This document shows, in pieces, positions 11,183-22,600 of a stretch of DNA of 64,000 nucleotides; position 1 is the first letter of the stretch, and each line of letters opens with the position of its first letter. Source of the DNA: Balanoglossus misakiensis (lineage: Eukaryota; Animalia; Hemichordata); contig CM082594.2 in assembly GCA_040954595.2 (NCBI GenBank), positions 5,565,319 to 5,629,318 on the forward strand, in the 5' to 3' direction. Made by a program: the position numbers and the translations under genes. Under the pieces are notes generated by a model. The model did not search any database. It saw nothing but the letters and a program-made list of their open reading frames with translations, and was not told where the DNA came from.

Positions 11183-12075
11183 CGGAATTCTTTTTATTCT
11201 TACATAATGTTAAGAAATTCTCCCCGAGCACTTTGACTGTTTATCGTACCGCTATTGCAGCGACGATCAGAAGTGTCGGGGGTCCTGATTTTAGTCACAA
11301 TGCAGCTTTATCTGCAATGCTCAAGAATTTCAAGATTGAGAGACCCCCGTCGAGGCGGTTGGTCCCTCAATGGAGTTTGTCCTTGGTTCTAAGCGGGTTA
11401 CAACAACCTCCTTTTGAACCATTAGCTTCTATCAGTTTAAAGGCACTTACCCTTAAAACTGTCTTTCTTGTAGCGTTGGCATCTGGCAGTCGCAGAAGCG
11501 AGATTCATGCTTTTGGTGCCACTGATGGCTTGTTGACTATTAGTAAGACGGAGGCAGTCTTACGTACTAGGCCAGGTTTTTTGGCTAAGACCCAGGTGCT
11601 TGGTTCTGTAGCCACTCCCTTTTCCATTAAAGCTCTTGACTCCCTGACAGGGCCGGATCCACAAGAGCGTTTTTTATGTCCGGTACGTTGCCTTCGTTGG
11701 TACTTGAAACGAACCGAGTCCTTTCGTGCGGGTAGGACTAGACTTTTTCTACCTATTCCCCCCACTCCCAAAAAGGATATTTCCAAGTCCACCATTTCTA
11801 GTTGGCTCACTAAAACGGTTCGTTGGACTTATGATGAGAGTTCAGAAACTGACCGTCGCCTTACCAGAGTGACAGCCCATGAGGTTAGGGCTATCTCTGC
11901 TTCACTGGTGTATTCAGCTGGTGTTCCTGCTGACGATGTCCTTCGTGCAGGTACATGGCGCTCACCTAATTCCTTTGTCAGTTTTTATCTTCGGGATATG
12001 GCTTCAGAATCGGACGGTTTGTTTTCCCTTGGTCCGATTTCCGTTGGCCAGCAGGTTGTCATTCCTGGTAAATAA
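9178..12075 (+). CDS. DIRS tyrosine recombinase ORF (YR domain in the C-terminal third; N-terminal part overlaps pol in another frame)
   Basis: Catalytic set R (ASGSRRSEI), K (LAKTQ), HxxR (AHEVRA), W (AGTW) and Y (SFYL). It is preceded by a phage-integrase SAM-like region (STLATYEDKWTKFCDWC...SPSTLTVYRTAI). Confidence 0.93.
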   Translation: MAESDRRPMGVVSRSKRVQTRVSDRSSIILGPTAFCQSGRATHVGNCRGSARAVIKKCGTDCKPVYRRTGFLQPLVSRSQKDRGVAADSKSKTFKPVSPHRIFFNGNHSVHTGRGTTRRLDGFHRSQGRVLSYRDPRGIQKILPVFSKRNRLRIHGSSVRTSVSTSRVHQSSVRASRVSSSPICQNASVSRRLAATQSKKRRTREACLSSLVRSPSPRPYSEYGEVSPHPITRHGICWDETYDTRRNCLPYPRSSGQTFGCHQLNPVSHIYPGQAPVGSYRGDGVYVGNHSLGTPASSTNSAVLTGPLAAISTADRSHYSCTTGSPCPPMVVARHRESAERCSPTGTTAHSVSVHGCFNNRLGSASGRTDCIGQLVSRPTRASHQLVGTPSCVSGSQMFSAVGHQPACSGQFRQCYSGGLYKQNGGDQIPNPVLPDLGIVHVVQEPQYSPSSPSSARQTESRCRRAVTRPQGGPDGVGNSPRSSQSGFCEMGNSHGGLVCDVSEPQTASVCVASPRQQSPSRRRIVDVVEKPTSVRVPTTASLTTSLKENSGRGNNCDSNSTGLAEALMVSDATGLNDRSTSGVTSPRGSTVPGSSTDSSRPKRVQTSRVQVVEQSLIASGFSETAAATIARPQRASTLATYEDKWTKFCDWCDKRSVDPLTISVNQLAEFFLFLHNVKKFSPSTLTVYRTAIAATIRSVGGPDFSHNAALSAMLKNFKIERPPSRRLVPQWSLSLVLSGLQQPPFEPLASISLKALTLKTVFLVALASGSRRSEIHAFGATDGLLTISKTEAVLRTRPGFLAKTQVLGSVATPFSIKALDSLTGPDPQERFLCPVRCLRWYLKRTESFRAGRTRLFLPIPPTPKKDISKSTISSWLTKTVRWTYDESSETDRRLTRVTAHEVRAISASLVYSAGVPADDVLRAGTWRSPNSFVSFYLRDMASESDGLFSLGPISVGQQVVIPGK

Positions 12076-12119
12076 ATAATGGATTCCCCACCTCCGAAGG
12101 TCTGTCGGATTCTGTTATT

Positions 12120-12210
12120 TTCCCGAAAGTTTGGTGGGTAAGTATTCAATGTACAGAATTGAAGTTTATTTCTAAACTAATTTCTGTAACATTAGAATAC
12201 TTACCCACCA
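12120..12210 (+). repeat. DIRS internal complementary region (ICR)
   Basis: 12120-12158 is the reverse complement of the left end (6095-6133). 12159-12210 is the reverse complement of the right end (12845-12896). Confidence 0.95.
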
Positions 12211-12718
12211 TTCCCACCCGCCTCCCCACTAGGTGTTGTCTGAATATTTATTGTACCTGGGGACGTATTGTTACTTACGGTCAAACCTGTGTTGGTGACC
12301 ACCTGTACTCCCCACCAGGTATTGTTCGGATATTTTATTTTACCTGGGGACGTATTATTACCATAGACAGTATGTCTATGTTATTACTTAACGGTCAAGC
12401 CTGTGTTGGTGACCACCTCTATAGGAGTGATCTCCTCTATATTATGGTCACTTTGTTTTTTGTCTGCCTATGCAATTACATGTGCATTTATTGACTTGTC
12501 TATTTAGACCACCTGTCTATTACGGCCAGTTTAGGAGATCCGTTGACAGACAGGACCCTATGGGCTATTTTTGACTGTTAGTTTTTTGGTGGGTGTATTA
12601 TTGTTTCTACGAACATATGGATCACCGTTCTTGTTTGCTTTTGGCACCTGGCGGTTATCTGGGTTTTTTGTTTGTGGAATTATCATTCTCTAGCTGTCGT
12701 ACTCTAAAGAGCGCATTC

Positions 12719-12896
12719 ATGCAGTCTCTGGCGGAGTATAAACTGAGGAGCTAGGGGGTCCTGTGACCCAGGTCACAGGATAGTCTAGGCTAAAAGTTCT
12801 AATCTTGCAATTAACGGAGCCTGAGGTATTAATTCCCGAAAGTTTGGTGGGTAAGTATTCTAATGTTACAGAAATTAGTTTAGAAATAAACTTCAA
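12719..12896 (-). repeat. DIRS right inverted terminal repeat plus right extension (rE)
   Basis: 12719-12860 is inverted relative to the left ITR. 12861-12896 is unique to the right end but complementary to the ICR. Confidence 0.93.
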
Positions 12897-13686
12897 TTCT
12901 TCTTAAGCATTGTCGAGCCAGGTTCTTTTTTGCATATATATAGTTAAAATTTTCTTGAAATCCTGCAAATATTGCATCTGACATGAGTTTTTAGGTGAAG
13001 GGAAATAAATTTTAGACATTTTTGGCATGTCCAGTGCCTGTTTGGTGGAAAAAGATGTTTGGCGTTTTGTCAAGGTTTTGAAGTTGGCCTGACAGTGAAG
13101 TAAGCTACATGTACCTAGATGTATACTTCAGTATAATTCAGTACTTGTACAGTACTTATACAAAATATTGATCTATGAGTATGAATGACAGAGCTGAGAA
13201 AAGGCAGTGCAATATATTCAAGGCTAGGACTTCAATACTGTGCAACAGCTTTGCATCTTCATGCCTGCCCTCTTGTGTTAGTCTAAAGAGAACTTTTTGC
13301 GTCTTCATTCATGTGGATAGGTTTTGGAATTAACATCTTCAATCCATTTCTCAGTGCAAGCAATCAACTAATCGAATTATGTAGTGAAAGGGCGAGAGAA
13401 ACGGAGACGAAATGTGAGATGTGAAAATTGATGAAGCACCATATATACTATACACTGTATTTGAAATAAAGCCTAATAACTGAGGGGCGAGTTGTACAAC
13501 ATCCTTAAGGTTTCGAATTCATGGCTGTATGGACAAAGCACTGTAATACTGACTTGCTGCTGATCTTTGATTGATGGAAGTTTGATTTTTTCTGATGAAA
13601 GAGTTTATATTCTTGTGCTTGTTTAATTAAGGAACATGCTGCATCCACTCAATACTAACATATTTTTTCTTTTCTTTTCTTTTCAG

Positions 13687-16600
13687 CCATGATGCGAAGA
13701 AGAAGGTGGATTCAATTCTTGTAAGTAAACAACAGTGAATCTGATTGAATGTGGTTTTGTATTCCTTTGCGATGTGAATTCTGTAACCAATCAATTTGTC
13801 CGTTTCAATATCATTGGTGGCAATGTGACATCACAGAATAGCCTTGTTTTTACTGTCATTAGCAGAAGGCAAAAAGTCTTTCTCAACTGAAGTGACAACA
13901 TTTTCATGGCACAAACAAGTACTAGCAGAGAGAAATAAGTAAACAAAATTTATATCATGGACTTCAATATATAAATTCTCAACCAATCAGGACATCAGTC
14001 ATAAAACAAAAGGTTGCATTTATTATGATAATGACGTCTGCATACAAGAGGTGCCATTCTGTTGGCCAGAACATTCTGGTAGACATTTCAGAGCGCTATT
14101 ACCTGAAGGCAATGTGATCATAAAGCACTTTTGGGGGCTGATTGAGATGAGACACAGAGATTACAAGTGAAGACATCAACACTTCAAATGTTGGTACCAT
14201 CAAATTGGACATGTCTGCATCTCACCGTGTTATGTAGTGATTTGTTGGACTTCTTTATTAAGGGGCGGTCGAATGTGTGCAGAGAACTGTGAAGTCTCAT
14301 GTAAAAGCCAATTGCAGTAAAACCTGTCTAAACCGAACACTAAAGAGACTGAAGAAACTGTTCGGTTTATAGATTTTTTAAAGGAACAGAATGGGAGAAA
14401 GTGATGGAGAGGGCACTGTTCATGTCAAAACTGTGATAAAACAATGCATTGTACAATCACAGATATCCCCTTTCGCCATAATAACCACACAGTGAACTCT
14501 CCAGCAAGATGTGCATAGAACCAGAGAACTACTTGCATCTGGGAAAATGACCACTGCTCAAAATCTTATACTTTCATTTGTAACATACGTGATATCTCAT
14601 ATTTGAACAATCTTGAAATTCAGAAACTAGTAGTCAGGGCTGGAGGCATTGTAATGTCTTTGAAGACAGCCTGATTGATAGGTAAATTATTATCTTCAGT
14701 GCATTGTCTGTGTGGTGCAGCTTCCTTGAAACTCCATTCACCTTGGTGAAATCTGATAAAAGGAAATTTCTACTTAAAATCAAATGATATTGAATTGTTG
14801 AAAACAAATATTTGGGACGGATGTGGATCATTACTGTCTCATTACAATGAAAACTGATAAAAAAATGGAATATGATGAGTGGAAGTTGACATTTCCAGAG
14901 ATAACTGTGAAATTTTGAAAATGATAAATAATTGTGAAAATGTCATGATTGTGGGTTGTGTACCCTTCAGCCATTACTACAGGCCACACCAAAGAATTTT
15001 GTTGTTTTGTATTCTGTTTTATATAGGGAAGGAATTCAGGCCTCTGGTTGTTAAAGATGCTAAATTTTTCACGGAAACCCACAAAGGCTGTTGTAGTAAT
15101 TTCCTAGTTTGATATCGGGAGAGAGTCTTTTGATCATTTGTATGAAGATACTACGGAAAATAGGGTGTTCGGTTCTCGTGTGAGGCTCAAAATGGTTCCC
15201 CCCCCCCCCCCCACACAATCCAATCAACTCACAGCTCATTGTGATCTGTTGAGAAGCTCCCTCGACTTTGCACAGGTTTCCCCGGCTGAAATAAGGTGAC
15301 GTTATTATTGTTTCGCCGTCCAATCGGAGGAAATCAGTAATTGTATCTCAACTTCATTATCTTTTCAATTTAATGATGCCCCATCGGCTTATATTCGGCC
15401 CTTCACAAGTTGGTGTCTGCAGTCTGATGGGAAGTGGGGGTTGTGTGTGGGCATCGCTGATTTGTCTGCCTTCCGCTCTGCGCGAGAAATCACAACAAAG
15501 CCACAGGTTTTCTTTCATCGATCGACAGAGATCTGTCCATGCGTTCAGGTTTTTGCTTCTGTTCTGTGTATGTCAGTCAAATAGATATTGTAGACATCTC
15601 CCTCTCTCTGTCTTATTTTACTGATCCTCATGTCATTCTGAAATTGCTGTTATCTCTTCATTGTCTATTTTTATTTTTCCAGGTTGATGTTGAGAAATTC
15701 ACGGAGTTGGAGAAGTTATTTCTGTACCTGAAGCTTCCCACTGGGGAACCGGAAGACTATGTCTCACGGGACTCGAGGTAAGTACATTTGCATGAAATTA
15801 CCGATAAATCTTTTGTGATCGTCTGATTTTCGTGTGCAAGTTCCCCCCTGGGCCGACCAAGATATTCACAATATGATCACATGTCGCAAATCGCCCACAT
15901 ACTTGAGAAGCTAACTATCCTCACGCAAGTGTCAAAAAGTACATGGATACCTGTTGCGGTGTTAATTCTACATGTCAGCGATCCCCAGGGTTTGATTTGT
16001 CCACGATAGAATGCCTTCAATGGCAACTATTTTGACCTTTGACCAGGAGATGACATTATGAAGTTCAGGTATTTGTTGAGACAATAAAAATAGAGGCAAA
16101 AGCTCCTGAAGGAAAAATTCTAATTTGTGTTAGATATTTCATAATCGTACTCAGATTCGGGCATCGTGGGTAAGAACTGTGGACCGCATATTTCTGTTTC
16201 CAAAAAAACAAACTGAGATTCGAATAGGACTAAACCAGTTATTCTGTATACTTTATTGATTTGCTCGAAAAATAAGTTGCACAGTGATAAATTTTTCATT
16301 AAGGAATGCTTATAATGCCTTGAGGAAGAAAATAAATGCACACAGAAAGTTTCGTCGATTGAAACAGGCACCAAGTCTTGTGTGGTATTCGCATTGGTAG
16401 CAGACTGCGGTGTTTTTCGCGCATGGCTGTCCGGTGGAAGCATGATGAGTTGAACAACGGCAGCAATTACAAATATTATTTTTCTGTGGACGTTGTCGGA
16501 GGAGGGACATTACTCTCGCTCGACTGGGTCACAGTGTGGGGTGCATGGTGCAGGCTTGAGTTCTCTCGCTTGCGGAAATTCCACACAGCGAGTCCGCGAT

Positions 16601-19600
16601 CGCTCTTGCAGGTCCCGCTCTGTACACGATGACATGTCATCAGTGTTTGATGCCACGCTAGAGAATATTCATCGCGCTGTTTTCAGAACTTTTTGTTCAT
16701 ACTTTGGCTGTACGTGTCCCTCTGCTCAGTTTACTCCACTTGTTAGAAGTCCCATCCTGAAGTGTAGGATGTTTAGCGCACGGCCGTTTCTGGTAAGTGC
16801 TGAAACTTTTCGCATGATGGTAACAACCAAGTCCTGTTTTGTTTGTCTTGATATGCCATTTTGACGCAAAGCTCAGTTATTAATAATAATAGTGTTTATG
16901 TTTTCTTGCGAATACTGCTTTGAACACATTGTGAGAGGATTTCAATTGAAAGTTTCATACCAAGTCAAAAAGTATTTTGTCTTTGATCACATGGTATTAT
17001 CATCAATTAAAAAAAGAAACTCCATGATTTACTCAATGGTCTGTCAATATTCTTGCCTTGTTCAGAGTATCTCTTTACTAACAAAATTTAAGTAATAGTT
17101 TCAATGGACATTAGCTGAGGTTGGATGAAAACAAGCCTGAAGGATGACACAGCGGCCATTTGCTCTAAATATTTCTGCAATATCAATATCAATATCATTG
17201 TGCTTGATCAAGTGTACATACAATTTGCCCAAGGGGGACATGCTCTTGAAAGTGGGTTTTTGACATTGGTCATGAAAATTCCTTGAGTTTTGCAAGATTT
17301 GAAACATGCAAATGTCTGATCTGAGAATTTTATGTTTCGTGTGTAGTTACAGGTGAATCTCTGACATTGTGATATCACCAAACCATTAACGATGTTTTAA
17401 TCAATTGTTTTATTCTATCATTTTCATTCTTAGCATTGTCTCATTAGATTCAAGTCTTGATCTGAGATAGTTTTTTGTTTTCATAAAAACATACAAGTCC
17501 AGCATCATCACCCCTGTGCTGGAAGGCCCGTTGTTCATATTGGCGGCCATATTGGTTTCTGTAGAGCAAAAAAATTCAGTGTCGGTACATTCCCATGAAA
17601 AGACTAAAACGGTCCCTGCCAAGGTACTCGTTTTCTCAAAGTTCATTATAAAAAGCAAAAGGTAGCACTTTGAGAGCATGTAATGCCCGTTTGAAGCCCC
17701 AAAACTACAAATTGTCATCTGTGTTGAACTCATTGGGTGTCCTATCAATTTTATGAAGCCCGTTAGAGTTTGAACATCGCAAGGTTGATGAAAGAAATTC
17801 TTTACAGGGGTTTTTGTCATAACTAGATGAATTCCATTCTGGCACATATTTCAGCACAGCAGCATAACTCTTCTTAATGATGTACTTTCAAACTCAAATT
17901 ATATTCTGTTTGACTGAATCCTGTTGTTTCGATCCTGAAAGACTTGGGCCCTGAAGCAATCTGATTGAAATCAGATGTAAGGTACGGCGACGTCTTTTAC
18001 TTACGCGGTACTGATTCGAGTCACAAACATTAATACCTTTACCTTGCCAAGTCATAACCTGTTCTTTATTGTATGATAAAATAAGTTATTTGCGCGTCAC
18101 TGTGTGCGTGTGTCTCCATTAAAAATGAAACTGAGTCCATGCCAAACACTTTGGTGTATCAGCGGATGTCATGTTGGTTAGATCATTCTGGAAACATGAC
18201 TTATATTTCAGAAAATTCAAAGCATTTCATATGTGGCCATGCGTGCAGTCTTAAAGATTATTGTAAGCGTTAGGGTGACCTTATTTTATTTGTTTCTTAT
18301 TGTAGGCCTAGTGGCAAGGTGAATCATTTGGTCAGGAAAAAAAAACGAAAAAGAAAGAGAAATAAAATTGAGTTGTCAATGACTCATCATACAGTACAAG
18401 CATTTGGGAGCGTTTATTAAAAAATAAATTGCTAAAACAATCAAGCAAAACACATGCAGGGAGACTCAAATTCTTTCCACTCATGACAGTTTTTGGACGA
18501 GTTACAGTCGTTTTAATAAAGCTATAAGTTTTCATGTGGAATTCTTAATTAAATGCACAATGTCAATGCTTGGGGCTTCATTAGCATTGAAAGTGGTCGG
18601 GGCAACCTGTTGTCAGCCCAGTATCTGCAAGTCAGGAAAATAACCCTTTCTCCATACTGCACGCGTGGAGATGCCTTCAGGGAAGTTAAGATGCAGCGTG
18701 CCCATATTTCAATTCAATTTTATTTACACATACATTCTTGTGAGTTTCTAGGGTAACAGGAGATGGAAAATTCCACCATTAAAAAATAACGTCACACATC
18801 CTGCAATTATTTCAATAACCTTCTATAATGCACACATTCTAGAACGATTATTATAAAAACATGTACATGTATGTTCCAATGTGACATTTAAGACATTCCC
18901 TTTGGGGTTTTATTCACCAAAGACTGAAAAAGTGGAAATTGCTGTAATTACGGTAGTAGAGTGATTTCCAAAGCTAGATTTTTACCAAATATGGACAGTT
19001 TAAAAACAGGGTTCTTATGATCTGACGTTTAATCAGTATAATTTAAAATGTCAGCTGAATGAGCGACGTATATCGTTCATGTGTTATGTCAAAAAATAGG
19101 CAAAGGTGAACGATGAAACATTTGAAAAACATATCATTCTCCAAGTATAGCTGGATTCTTCACACATTGCCATTGACAAGAGCTTTCATGTTATGTCTTG
19201 TAACTTTTCTGATTTAATTTTTCTCTTCCGAAAGGATTGTGACAACAGTCAAACTTGTTAGCGACAGTAAATGCAAACAGTACAGTAGCCATTGTTGGTA
19301 TTAGTGAATCTAAGCTCTTGTCATCCGCAGATCTCCAAGGCACAATGTGTCATAATTCCCGTTCACGCGTTGACTAATGCAACCGGGCTTTGCTGAGGAT
19401 TTGTGTCGGAAAATTCTTGAAATAGCGCCGATGTATATCATGTCATCTATGATCTAATGTCATGACCTTTGCTCTGGACATGATATTTAGCTGTGTAGTG
19501 TTTGTGTTCAACATCGTTATTTCCGCTGATTACAGCTGGCAATTCAATACCGCCCGGGCACTTGGGTAAACTCGCGAAACATCCTTGGGTGTTGTGTCAG

Positions 19601-22600
19601 CACTTCAACTCGGATGACGTTTCAGCGTTTTCTTGTGATTCGGTGTTGGTGGATTTGAAGGTTTCTGTCACTCAGAGCTTTGAGAAGTAGAGAGATTGGG
19701 GAGATGAAATCAAAAAGAACTGGCCTGCTTTTGTGTGTGCATGTGAGGGGTGTATATATTATCGGGATGGGGAGGGGGGGGGGTGTTTTACCCCAGTTGA
19801 CATGTTGGCACCCAAGCACTTTGTCAAGGGGGTACCCAGTGCCCCCTTGAAATGATGTCCCTCACATGTTGGAGATATTAAAGAAATCACAGTCCCTGTA
19901 GAAATATGCCAATGTAATAAAATTACATCTTGTGCTTCACGTGAAAGTTTTGAAATGTGTGCAGCACAATGATTTGGTCCACATCTATTGTGAAGTTGGA
20001 CCTCTACGCAGGGAAATGGGGTGAAAGGGCTAAGATAATAAGGCATTGTGTAAAAAGAGGGTCAAAAAATCCTGGGAGAGCTGGCTGCCCTGTTAGCATG
20101 ATGGATTCATAGCTGTTCCAAATTCCAAATTATAAAACTGTCATAGTTATTGATATGATATGGAGAATGCTGACAAGTATGTGAAAATGGTTTGGATAGC
20201 GATGAGATTGTTGGATGTCTGAAAAAAAATTTGCTGAGTAGTCTTGTCTTTGTTGATTTTGTCTTAAATAGCAAAATGTCATTCCAAAGCTGCAAAGTAT
20301 TTTGGTTTTATTTGGGCATTGAGTAATTTGGAACCGTCATCTGCCAACCGTCATTCTGCCTTGTCAGTTGTCTTCTTGGGAGTTGGTGACTGGCTTCAAA
20401 GTTTTCTCTTCGCGAACAAAAAAGATATTTGGTGTATTACCATTGATGTTGTCAACCGAAGCTGCCAAGCAATGGTAGTGTGTAGACTGGCTATCGTTTA
20501 ATTCTTTTTCAGTATTTTCCACAGATCTGGCACCCCTACGATGACCGTGACGCGGGCTGAACAGACGCATGCATTTAACTGGATTCGCAGCCACCTCGAG
20601 GAAAGCCCAAGCACGTCTCTACCGAAACATGAAGTCTACGAAGATTACAGGTGAGCGTACGAGAACTCCGTGGGTTTTGGATTCTCCTGTGCTGGTCTGT
20701 GCATAGAATTGGTTTGAACATATTAGTTTGTGAGGCTCTTACGTGTGCAGAGATGTCACCTTGCAGTCAGAGAAACAAAATCAAAATCATGCCGTATCAA
20801 CTTACACTTTGCTTTTGGCTTTTGCAATATAGTTTAATAAAATACCAAGATAATGTCAAGTACCTTTCTTTGAAATTTAATATTTCCCCCAATTTTTGTC
20901 TCCTGAAAAGTTACTCATGTTGATTTTGAAATTGATATCTTTGATCATCAGGCTCAGAAATGTCATTTCATAGTTCATGATAGAAATTATGTCATTAAGT
21001 TTTAGACTGGATTCATATAGCTCACAATAAATACATGTTCTCTCTTCTCTCCGGAAATTCAATCAAATTCTATCCCCATCTGATTTTGTCCATTGAGAGG
21101 TTGTCACCTGACAACTTGGGGGCAACGTTACCATTCAATTTGTGTCCTCGGTGGTTGTGAAATGAGGTGGGTATTAATTTGGTGCAGTCCTGTCAATCCC
21201 CTGTGGTAAAAGGAAATCTGATTTGTCTCAAATCCTGTCTCCCCCTCTCCCCATTTCCCTGTAAATCAGTCCAAAGTCACTATCGGAAACAGCGGGACTG
21301 CACCAAATGATGGAGCTACATGTAAGTGGGTGAATCCCAATGACATGTACCCAAGTGCTATGAATTCAGAACATTAACAAAATAAATCTGCTTGTATTTC
21401 TTCCATCATGTAGGGCCTTCTGTGAGAGTTCCAACCACAGTGTGTTAAGCGCAGCAGACTTTGGCAAGATCATCAAGTGTGTCTTCCCGAATATCAAGGC
21501 TAGAAGACTTGGTACAAGAGGCAATTCCAAATATCCTTTTCAAAATGAAGTGTTTTTGTTTATAGATAATTTGTATGCATCTGAGACATTGTATTCTCAC
21601 GTTTTCATGTCTCGAGCATCTCACCCTGGTTATCCATGTTCTGTTGAAATCAATGAAGCCATGCAGAAATGGTGATGGAAGGGGCGATACTTGTTCAGCG
21701 CTGATGCACGCAAGTGTGGCCGGATATGAAATTATTTCATGACAAAAGAATTGACTGAGGTATGCCTCGGTTAATGTTTACCGCGCGCCGAGCAATCATG
21801 CAAGTGGCGTGTGAGGCCAAATTCTGGACATACATGTGTGGAATTATAACGCGCGAGGGTCACACTTCTTGCAGCGGCTCGGAACAGTGGGGTTGCACGC
21901 ACGCCGGCTATGCCGGGAGTCGAAATATGCGCTCCGGTTATGAAAGGAAATAGCTCAGATGTGGTGGTTGGATTTTCTGGCACAGGGGGGAAATATATGG
22001 TCATAGAGAGCTATTCGAGCCATGCCTAGCACACTCGTGTCGACGTGAGACAGATTCACTGGGGAATGTCGAGAAGCTTGTCAGTGGGGGGCTTCTGCCT
22101 TCACTTTCTAAATATGTTAATGGAGAAATTGTTTCAGCTGAGCGGGGACGATTTGTCCTTGACAAACCGATGACCATAATGATTTCAAAGTTTTGCTGGA
22201 TGCGTATTGTTGGTAGTCACGTTATGGCCTTGATCTGCTTATTAAAGTGTCAAATCAAATTAGATTCAGGTGAGATTGATATGGTGGCTTTTTCAACTTT
22301 CATGTCAGACAGAATGATCCAACGTTAGCCAGAAGATACTGTTTTGTAGTGAGATATACTTACCACATTTGATCCACTGGCCTGAAAACAAAAGGCACAA
22401 ACTTCATGTGTTATTTTATCAGTCTGATTTTGAAGAATAGTAATGAAAAAAGAACCTTTCCTTAACCATTGTTGTCGATACGTATTGCTACAGTGGTATT
22501 CGAAAGAAGGCCGAGATCAAACCGCCCTCACTGCCAAACCTGGATCTGACCGATCAAGACATGGTAAGTTTATGGAATTCTTTTATGCCGTATATTAAAT

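Larger units (their letters stand above)
6095..12900 (+). mobile_element. Full-length DIRS1-like tyrosine-recombinase retrotransposon
   Basis: Inverted terminal repeats (6106-6247 / 12719-12860), an internal complementary region (12120-12210) complementary to both termini, and three long overlapping ORFs (gag, RT-RNaseH-MT, YR). There is no classical TSD, but TTCT is shared at both junctions. Confidence 0.97.

Noticed and set aside
12743-12800. CTGAGGA in the right ITR resembling a hammerhead ribozyme core
   Set aside because: The required GAAA after stem II is missing (TAAAA instead), and no stem I/III with a cleavage triplet could be built.
16090-17860. CpG-rich intronic stretches and 107-145 aa ORFs resembling DNA-transposon remnants (similarly 2850-3420)
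   Set aside because: I could not define termini, a TSD or any protein motif. They are likely old repeats but unsupported without a library search.
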